From assembly GCA_041694835.1 (NCBI GenBank), contig JBGFRZ010000017.1, forward strand, positions 1-33,931: DNA of 33,931 nt, given 5' to 3'. Below are positions 27,901 through 33,931 of this stretch, piece by piece (within the stretch, counting starts at the first letter, position 1; each line of letters opens with the position of its first letter). The notes under the pieces were generated by a model that was given only the letters and a program-made list of their open reading frames with translations, did not search any database and was not told the DNA's origin. The DNA is from Ignavibacteria bacterium (GTDB lineage Bacteria; Elusimicrobiota; Endomicrobiia; PHAN01). A program made the position numbers and the translations under genes.

Positions 27901-29277
27901 TTCATTTTGAAATACTTCAAAGAAGAACTCGGGGAAAAACCGTTTCTTCATATAGAGATAGACGAACACAGCGCCGCCGCCGGTGCAATAACCAGATGTG
28001 AGGCGTTTCTTGATAGTATAGAAAATCAGAAATTAGAAATTAGAAAACAGAAGTTAGAAAAAAATGATGTCAAAAATTTACCAAATATCGGTCATGACTT
28101 AAAGCGAACCATCTATCTCCCTCGTATGTCAGACCATGCATTTGGCGTCAAGGCCGCTTTTGAGTGCTGCGGAATGAAAGCCGAGGTTTTGCCAGAGTCC
28201 GACAGAGAGTCAGTTGAAATCGGTAAAAAATATGTCTCCGGAAAAGAGTGCTATCCGTATCTCGTCACAACCGGCGACATGCTTAAAAAGGTATTTTCTT
28301 CAGGTTTCATGCCGGAAAAATCCGCATTCTTTATGCCGTCGGGTTCGGGGCCATGCAGATTCGGTCAGTACAATGTTTCTCACCGACTCCTGCTTGAAAA
28401 TCTCGGCTTTAAAGATGTCAGTGTATATTCGCCGAATCAAGACGGTGGATTTTACACTGAACTCGGTGCTCTCGGCGCCTCTTTCGCTCTGAAGGTGTGG
28501 GAGGGAGTAGTAGCATACGAGTTTTTGCTTAAATCTCTCCACGAAACAAGACCGTATGAAAAAAAGAGCGGCGACACTGATATCCTTTATAATTTTTATT
28601 TAGAAAAAATTTACGACTGTCTGCTTTCCGATAATTCGCTTAAAAATCTTTTAAAAAAAATGAAAGACGATTTTTCTTCCATAGTTTCTGAAAGAGTTGA
28701 GAGAAAACCAATTATAGGTATCGTCGGAGAGATATTCGTGAGAGCTCACAGGTTTTCAAACCAGGACTTAATAAGAAAGATAGAATCACTCGGCGCCGAA
28801 GCATGGCTTTCGCCTGTTCCCGAGTGGATATACTATCTCAACAAGATATCTATCAGAAGGACTTTTATAAAAAGTCACTGGCGCGACTTTATCGTAACAT
28901 CCCTGAAGGATTACTATCAGAAAAAGATAGAGAAAAAATTTGGGAAATCGTTAAGAGATTTTTTAAAGAGCATAAATGAGCCGGAGGTGTCTGATATATT
29001 TGAGAAGGCATCGCCTTATCTTGACGATTCCTTTGAAGGTGAAGCGATATTAAGTATAGGGAAGACGATAGATTTTATTGAAAAAGGCGCATCAGGCGTA
29101 ATAAATGTTATGCCATTCGGCTGTATGCCCGGAACGATTGTAACAGCGTTGATTAAAGCGGTAAGCCAGGACCACGACGTGCCTTGCATAAGCATTCCGT
29201 ACGACGGAACGGAGTCCACATCAACAAATCTCCATCTTGATACTTTCGTAGAATCCATAAAGACCACCCGCGGATGA
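24985..29277 (+). CDS. CoA-substrate-specific enzyme activase (two BcrAD/BadFG ATPase domains plus dehydratase-like domains)
   Basis: Two GIDxGS...GGxDSK...CAAGTGSFLE units, CNACPNVC, CFPVKVAHGH, FSCGPDSF, GPCRFGQY, PFGCMP. Confidence 0.88.
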   Translation: MHCIGIDIGSVATKIVVVDENAMIVERHYQRHFGHPASKTLEVLKEIKKKYPKVSISTTGSACSFISNALNLKPTNEVVAQGYSTRKLFPHIKTIIEMGGEDSKLIILKDGMIKQFSMNSVCAAGTGSFLEQQAERLNLSIEEFGQLAEKSKRPSKIAGRCSVFAKSDMIHLQQIATPLEDIVSGLCFAVARNFKGSIARGVDMKPPISFQGGVAANNGMVRAFREVFDAPALFIPPDFYFMGAIGAVLKDMDENRINFLEVEKQIGKLQEFISSRIYDEKGYPPLGSDDFSQRHLKNSNDSINPLSITQHPSPPLKVYLGIDVGSISTNLALVDEGGKLIAKRYLMTAGRPIEAVKKGLEELYSEVGENVFICGVGTTGSGRYMIADYVGADMVKNEITAQARAAIFIDPSVDTIFEIGGQDSKYISIKDGAIVDFEMNKACAAGTGSFLEEQAEKLNISIKDEFSERAFGSASPCPLGERCTVFMENSLMANLQRGAKINDLLAGLSYSIAQNYINRVVVGKPIEKNIFFQGGVAFNKSVVAAFEKYLGKKITVPPDHDVTGAIGMALIAKESMKNGGTNFKGFELSKRHYEINSFECNACPNVCEINRVSIAGEEKELFYGGRCEKYDERYLKKNNLPDLFAFRDEMLWKAHNKRAQEHKSTRAQEHKSARAQEHKSERAQDTRASPLKIGIPYIFYFQDFLPFWSTFLWELGFEVVISPRTNKPIINLGLENIFSEACFPVKVAHGHIKHLKDVGVDFIFLPSFIDLDGVEAGFGCPYIQTIPYVSKVALGDVSPVRDKKTEASADDKRRPTFDGINLLTPALDFSRGKGYIIKELFRVFGSYVSKSDIKKALSQAAASQETFNEAIREKGREIIDGLGIGARAIVVVGRSYNAFDCGVNLDIPKKLSQLETISIPLDFLPLEEETLDEKYNMYWFSGRKILKAAKVIKKNPNLFPIYIGNFSCGPDSFILKYFKEELGEKPFLHIEIDEHSAAAGAITRCEAFLDSIENQKLEIRKQKLEKNDVKNLPNIGHDLKRTIYLPRMSDHAFGVKAAFECCGMKAEVLPESDRESVEIGKKYVSGKECYPYLVTTGDMLKKVFSSGFMPEKSAFFMPSGSGPCRFGQYNVSHRLLLENLGFKDVSVYSPNQDGGFYTELGALGASFALKVWEGVVAYEFLLKSLHETRPYEKKSGDTDILYNFYLEKIYDCLLSDNSLKNLLKKMKDDFSSIVSERVERKPIIGIVGEIFVRAHRFSNQDLIRKIESLGAEAWLSPVPEWIYYLNKISIRRTFIKSHWRDFIVTSLKDYYQKKIEKKFGKSLRDFLKSINEPEVSDIFEKASPYLDDSFEGEAILSIGKTIDFIEKGASGVINVMPFGCMPGTIVTALIKAVSQDHDVPCISIPYDGTESTSTNLHLDTFVESIKTTRG
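26955..27038 (+). repeat. In-frame octamer tandem repeat, about 10 x AAGAGCAC
   Basis: Ten 8-mer units encoding RAQEHKST/RAQEHKSA/RAQEHKSE. Confidence 0.92.
27378..27442. repeat. In-frame CCCCGTTAGAGAT element (copy 3, degenerate right end)
   Basis: Left end identical to 20337-20349; right end TTTGACGGA; encodes PVRDKKTEASADDKRRPTFDG. Confidence 0.65.
28027..28060 (+). repeat. In-frame heptamer repeat (AGAAATT)
   Basis: CAGAAATTAGAAATTAGAAAACAGAAGTTAGAAA, encodes QKLEIRKQKLE. Confidence 0.7.
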
Positions 29278-29328
29278 TAAATTACACTCTCCCGGCACAA
29301 TTTTTGATGAAAATTTTAAGATGAATAC

Positions 29329-29371
29329 TTGACAAGCTCATTATTTTTTTGTATAATGATATTGAATATCA
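29329..29371 (+). promoter_or_regulatory. Consensus sigma70 promoter overlapped by a Fur/Zur-type box
   Basis: TTGACA (29329-29334), 17 bp, TATAAT (29352-29357); 7-1-7 palindrome TGATATT-G-AATATCA (29357-29371). Confidence 0.8.
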
Positions 29372-29442
29372 ATTTCTAAATTTTTGCGAAGTATTTTTCG
29401 TTGTTAACTTTTTATTTTGAAAGTATTGCGCAAAGTAGAAAA

Positions 29443-29772
29443 ATGAAAGTGCTATTTTTTATAATTTATTTGTTGACAATTTCTGCATACTTTCTGCATA
29501 ATCATTCTATATTGTCTTTTGTTAGTAGTTCATCGATTAGACATACGGATGATTGCGAGAGTGGAGGTTGCCAGAACAGTAGACGTAATCAGGAGAATTG
29601 TCTCGTTTGTCTATTGCGTTCTTACCAACAGATAAATTTTTATAAAGTTGTAGACATTAAGCCAGATTTAACAACCACCGCTATAGATTTAACTAACCAT
29701 CCTTTTACGCATCAGGAAATAACCCATTCCTTTTCATCCCGGGGCCCGCCAAGCCGCGTCCAATTTTGCTAA
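29443..29772 (+). CDS. DUF2946-like leader protein with CxxC and C-terminal RGPP
   Basis: Hydrophobic N-terminus, HNH, CLVC, SRGPP five residues before the stop. Confidence 0.65.
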   Translation: MKVLFFIIYLLTISAYFLHNHSILSFVSSSSIRHTDDCESGGCQNSRRNQENCLVCLLRSYQQINFYKVVDIKPDLTTTAIDLTNHPFTHQEITHSFSSRGPPSRVQFC

Positions 29773-29819
29773 CTTTTTAAACTTATTATAAAACTCCAAA
29801 ATTTTTAGGAGAGAACAAA

Positions 29820-30854
29820 ATGAAAAATATTATATATTTGCTTTTATTTACAATCTTTTGGGTAGAAATTTATGCAAAAGAATCAGTTTACAAATCCGCT
29901 CCAATAGGAACTTATGGTGGGCGGATGAATCCCGACTTAAGCGTAGTTGTTGATATTCAAGGGTTGTTTACAGATGATATAGAATATGCTGCTGAAAGAA
30001 ACAAGGTTCTTCTTCCGGGAGTTGAAATTGTTTTTGGTGGTTATCTTTATCCCGGAATAAGAGGTGATATTGTTACTATTTTTGAAGATGGTGGAGCAGA
30101 GTTTCACCTTGAAGAAGCATATATTTCATTTTTGGAATTGCCGATAGGAACGCAACTAATTACAGGTCGAAAACTCCTTGACTTCGGCAGACTTAATCAG
30201 AGCCATCCGCACCACTGGAAGTTTGTTGATATGCCTCTTGCGTTGGAAAATGTCTTTGGGCATCACCCATGGTACGGCGACCTGGTAAACTTAAACTTTT
30301 TAATTCCCAACCCAGTGGACATTTACGCCAAAGGAAGTTTCAGTGTAATCAATGCTATGCAAATGCAGGCGGATGCGATACAGTGGAATGGAAGGGTCTT
30401 TAACTCCAGGGTTTCAGTTGACTTGCCGTGGCTCAATTCTATAGTTGGTTACAGTCGTGCATTTGATGAAATGGGCTATTCAACAGTTCAAGGGATTGAA
30501 TTGACTTATAAAGAGCAATGGCCTGGATTTATTAAAAGACGGCTTAGACTACAAAATGAATATGTATGGGCTAAATCCGGAGATGTAAAAAGAGCCCCCG
30601 GGTTGTATAGTATGTTGGCGTTTGCTCTTGACCAATATACAGAATTAGGACTGCGATGCGACGGCTTGTTTAGCGCCAACAACCACAAAATAAAAACATG
30701 GGCCGGTAATTTGTTTGCTACATACTATTTTACAGATTCATTATATCTGAGGGGACAATATCAATACAAGCAAGAGAATGAAAAAACGAAAAACAAGTTT
30801 TATTTACAACTTGTCTGGGGCATAGGTCCCCATGCACACAAACTGGAGGACTGA
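29820..30854 (+). CDS. Putative outer-membrane beta-barrel associated with metal uptake
   Basis: Signal peptide, NPDLSVV, LEEAY, FGRLNQSHPHHW, C-terminal LQLVWGIGPHAH; upstream of the metal ABC transporter. Confidence 0.7.
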   Translation: MKNIIYLLLFTIFWVEIYAKESVYKSAPIGTYGGRMNPDLSVVVDIQGLFTDDIEYAAERNKVLLPGVEIVFGGYLYPGIRGDIVTIFEDGGAEFHLEEAYISFLELPIGTQLITGRKLLDFGRLNQSHPHHWKFVDMPLALENVFGHHPWYGDLVNLNFLIPNPVDIYAKGSFSVINAMQMQADAIQWNGRVFNSRVSVDLPWLNSIVGYSRAFDEMGYSTVQGIELTYKEQWPGFIKRRLRLQNEYVWAKSGDVKRAPGLYSMLAFALDQYTELGLRCDGLFSANNHKIKTWAGNLFATYYFTDSLYLRGQYQYKQENEKTKNKFYLQLVWGIGPHAHKLED

Positions 30855-30857
30855 AAT

Positions 30858-30965
30858 CAGCAGATAGCGGATAGTAGGGAGGGGATTGTAATCAGTTATC
30901 GGTAATCAGTTATCGGTAAAAAATAGGCGTTCGGTGACCACTGATTACAGATAACCGATTACTGA
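30858..30965. repeat. Heptamer-periodic hairpin (GTWATCR / YGATWAC)
   Basis: GTAATCAGTTATCGGTAATCAGTTATCGG pairs with CTGATTACAGATAACCGATTACTG. Confidence 0.85.
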
Positions 30966-31010
30966 ACATTATATCAGGAGGTAAAAACAATGGAAAACTT
31001 AATAAGCAAT

Positions 31011-31157
31011 TGGACACAGATAAACGCAAATGAAAAAAGATTTGAACCACGAAAGCGCAAAAACACGAAAATACTTGTAAAGAATTTTGTGATTTCTAAT
31101 TTTCGTGATTTCGTGGTAAAGTTTTTAATCTGCGATAATCCTGAAAATCTGCGTCCA
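31011..31157. repeat. Nested palindromic element (ACRCAGAT / CACGAAA types)
   Basis: TGGACACAGA...TCTGCGTCCA outer arms; ACCACGAAA..CACGAAA / TTTCGTGATTTCGTGGT inner arms. Confidence 0.75.
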
Positions 31158-31202
31158 GATAAATTTTTTGACATTAACTTTTCAAATTATAGGAGGATTA
31201 AA

Positions 31203-32123
31203 ATGAAAAACTTAAACAAAATTTTAGGTTTGTTGTTAGCGACGATTGTATTTCCGACTTTCGCTTTTTCGTCGGAAAAACTTGATATAGTAACAACCAC
31301 CCTTGAAGCGGCCGACTTTGTCAGAGAAGTTGGCGGCGATAAAGTCAATGTCCATTCTCTCTACAACGGACAGTTTGATTTTCATTTTTATGAGCCCCGT
31401 CCAACAGAAGCAGTCAGGTTAAGAAAAGCAGATGGTATTGTTGTATATGGCCTTGCAACCGATGCCTGGTTTCAGCCACTTATTGAAGCGGCACGGAACG
31501 CCAATATATCATTTGGCGCCAAGGGCTATATAGATATGGCTGACAGAGTCGGTGTTCTTAAGGTTCCCGCGGGCGGAATTGATGGTCGCATGGGTCATGT
31601 TCATCCTTACGGTGCCTGTGGCTATCTTTACACACCGGAGAATAGCAAAATTGCGATTATGAACATCTATGAGGGACTCATCCGGCTTGACCCTGCTAAC
31701 AAGGACTACTATGAAAAAAACAAAAATGAATATCTCTCAAAAATTGACGAAACATTTGAAAAACTCAATCAGAAAATGTCGCCACACAGAGGAACAAAAA
31801 TTGTTCAGTTCCATGAGACATGGCATTATTTTGCCGAGACATTTGGTTTGGAAATAGTTGCGGCTCTTGAACCAAAACCAGGGATACCGCCATCACCCGT
31901 GCATCTGGCAAGTGTGGTAGACATTATTCGTGAAAAAGAGCCAAAATTTATCATGGTTGAGCCATATTATCCGAAAAGACCTGTCAGATTTGTTGCAGAA
32001 CAGACAGGTATAAAAGAAATCAGAGCTCCGCACTATGTTGGCGGTGTGAAAGGAATAAATACATTTATTGGTAATCTTGAGTATGTAATCGGTGAAATAA
32101 TAAAAGTGCTGGAAAAACAATAA
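31203..32123 (+). CDS. Zn/Mn ABC transporter substrate-binding protein (ZnuA/TroA-like)
   Basis: Signal peptide after AGGAGG, DFHFYEPRP, GHVHPYG, FHETWHYF, EPKPGIPPSPVH. Confidence 0.88.
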   Translation: MKNLNKILGLLLATIVFPTFAFSSEKLDIVTTTLEAADFVREVGGDKVNVHSLYNGQFDFHFYEPRPTEAVRLRKADGIVVYGLATDAWFQPLIEAARNANISFGAKGYIDMADRVGVLKVPAGGIDGRMGHVHPYGACGYLYTPENSKIAIMNIYEGLIRLDPANKDYYEKNKNEYLSKIDETFEKLNQKMSPHRGTKIVQFHETWHYFAETFGLEIVAALEPKPGIPPSPVHLASVVDIIREKEPKFIMVEPYYPKRPVRFVAEQTGIKEIRAPHYVGGVKGINTFIGNLEYVIGEIIKVLEKQ

Positions 32124-32145
32124 TTTTTAATGAATAAAAAATAAT

Positions 32146-32225
32146 TGAACGCAGATGAACGCAGAAACAACTTTGATAAACGCAGATTAAAGCAATTATA
32201 AACTCATCTGCAAAAATCTGCGTCC
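32146..32225. repeat. AACGCAGAT-type repeat hairpin
   Basis: TGAACGCAGATGAACGCAGA..AAACGCAGAT versus ATCTGC..ATCTGCGTCC. Confidence 0.75.
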
Positions 32226-32235
32226 TAAAAATTTT

Positions 32236-32988
32236 ATGCTCAGTTTTGAAAATGTAACTCTTGGCTATGGCAGGGAAATTGTCCTTGATAATTTGAATTT
32301 CACCATAGGAAAAAATGATTTTGTCGGTATTATCGGTCAAAACGGAACGGGCAAGACAACCATACTTAAGTCGGTGATAGGTCTTGTAAAACCCATAAAA
32401 GGAAAAATCACCAGAGAGTCAAATCTTCAAATCGGCTATGTTATACAGAGGCAATACTTAGATACTATTTATCCATTTACAGTTGAAGAAGTTGTTCTTA
32501 TGGGTAGATACAAAAAAGTAGGTCCATTAAAATCTCCATCTTTGCAAGATGAACAAAAGGTTGAACAATGTTTAGATATGGTTGGTATGTCTGCCCTGAA
32601 AAATAAGCAATACAGAGAACTTTCCGGGGGACAGCGGCAGAGGGTTTTAATCGCAAGAGCGCTCGTGAGCGAGCCAAATCTTTTACTTTTAGACGAGCCG
32701 ACAAATGATTTGGACATAAAAGGCGAAGAGCAAATTCTTCAACTTGTCCGAAAAATTCATACAACGATGGGGCCGACGGTTGTGCTTGTGAGCCATACAT
32801 TGTTTACCGTGTTAAATTATGTTCACGAAGTTATTTTTTTGAAAGATAAAAAATCAGAGGTGTATACGACAAAAGAAATTTTTTCGGAAGATGTACTCTC
32901 AAAGATATATGAATATCCGTTAAGAATAGGAATGATTCACAACAAAAGGTATGTTGTGCCGGAGGAGATGAACAATGGAAATACTTAA
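32236..32988 (+). CDS. Metal ABC transporter ATP-binding protein (ZnuC-like)
   Basis: GQNGTGKT, LSGGQRQR, LLLDEPT, VSH. Confidence 0.92.
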   Translation: MLSFENVTLGYGREIVLDNLNFTIGKNDFVGIIGQNGTGKTTILKSVIGLVKPIKGKITRESNLQIGYVIQRQYLDTIYPFTVEEVVLMGRYKKVGPLKSPSLQDEQKVEQCLDMVGMSALKNKQYRELSGGQRQRVLIARALVSEPNLLLLDEPTNDLDIKGEEQILQLVRKIHTTMGPTVVLVSHTLFTVLNYVHEVIFLKDKKSEVYTTKEIFSEDVLSKIYEYPLRIGMIHNKRYVVPEEMNNGNT

Positions 32989-33775
32989 AGAGACATTTTT
33001 CAGACATAGTATTGTTTCAGGCGTATTGATTGCCGGATTATGTAGTTATTTAGGGGTCTATATTGTCTTAAAACGCATTGCATTTATTGGTCTTGCATTA
33101 TCAGAAATTGCCGCATTGGGTGTAGCTCTGGGATTGTTTTTGGGCTGGCAGGCAGAGATTTCCGCTGTAGTTGTTACATTTTTGGGTGTGCTGTTTTTCT
33201 GGTATCGTAGTAAAGAACAAACACGATTGCCGAATGAAAGTATTATTGGAGCAACTTATGCATTAGCGGGCGCTTTAGGTGTAATACTTATTTCTAAAAG
33301 CCCTGCAATTGTAGCATCCGGGATTGACTTACTGACGGGGAATATTCTTTATACAACAACTTCAGATTTATGGTTACTTGGCGGATTGCTCTTGCTTGTT
33401 TTACCATGCCATATTTTACTTCTTAAAGAGTTCTTATTTGTATCTTTTGACAGAGAAACAGCGCATACAACAGGCTTAAACACTAACTTTTATGAGTTTG
33501 TTTTATATTTGACTGTTGGATTAGTTGTTGCAGGAAGTATGCGTGTTGGTGGAATACTTTTTGTTTTTGGTTCTCTTGTAGTGCCACCACTAGTAAGTTT
33601 GACTTTATTTCGCAAAATTAATTTTGTTTTTGTGTCTTCAGTGGTCATCGCTATTGTTTCAGTAGTATCCGGTATTTTCTTGTCTTATTTTCTTGACCTG
33701 CCGTCCACACCAACCATTTTGTGCATTTATGGATTATTTTTTTGTTTATCATTCCTGTCACGAATTTTTAAGTAA
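32975..33775 (+). CDS. Metal ABC transporter permease (ZnuB-like)
   Basis: LGVYIVLKR, ESIIG, VSFDRETA..GL, multiple TM segments. Confidence 0.9.
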   Translation: MEILKETFFRHSIVSGVLIAGLCSYLGVYIVLKRIAFIGLALSEIAALGVALGLFLGWQAEISAVVVTFLGVLFFWYRSKEQTRLPNESIIGATYALAGALGVILISKSPAIVASGIDLLTGNILYTTTSDLWLLGGLLLLVLPCHILLLKEFLFVSFDRETAHTTGLNTNFYEFVLYLTVGLVVAGSMRVGGILFVFGSLVVPPLVSLTLFRKINFVFVSSVVIAIVSVVSGIFLSYFLDLPSTPTILCIYGLFFCLSFLSRIFK

Positions 33776-33851
33776 TCTTTTCATGTTGATTAGAGTCTGC
33801 TGCCGCTACGCTAAAATGCTAAAAATTCGAGCACTACAACTTAAACCTTTT

Positions 33852-33904
33852 ACCACAGAGACACAAAGACACAGAGAATTGTAGCGGTGGGATTACTATC
33901 CCAC
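33852..33904 (+). repeat. ACCACAGAGACAC repeat plus GTAG-type REP
   Basis: ACCACAGAGACACAAAGACACAGAG followed by GTAG-CG-GTGGGAT-TACT-ATCCCAC. Confidence 0.65.
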
Positions 33905-33931
33905 AAATCGTCTCATAGCAATGCGAACGCT

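Overview
A mostly + strand bacterial chromosome segment. The gene style resembles Elusimicrobiota or a similar anaerobic diderm lineage, but this is inference only. It carries housekeeping genes (glyQ, tmk, holB, PSP1/RicT, metG, rplU, rpmA, obgE, thrC, cinA, thpR, ruvX, mltG), a RelE-type toxin-antitoxin pair, two orphan PilZ proteins, a putative ceramide/sphingolipid trio (SDR reductase, serine palmitoyltransferase, GNAT ceramide synthase), a LeuT-like transporter, a TPP-riboswitch-led thiG-thiH-thiE operon, a 1430-aa CoA-substrate activase, and an AT-rich Fur/Zur-boxed metal-uptake operon (DUF2946-like RGPP leader, beta-barrel, ZnuA/C/B-like ABC transporter). The most striking unexplained structure is a dense set of small palindromic elements: periodic 7/8/9-mer hairpins, CCCCGTTAGA...TCTAACGGGG elements, GTAG-REPs and TSD-flanked MITEs. 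They nest inside each other, often begin at stop codons, and are repeatedly inserted in frame in proteins (ThrC, the CoA activase, a lipoprotein signal peptide). No transposase, CRISPR array, tRNA or rRNA was seen.
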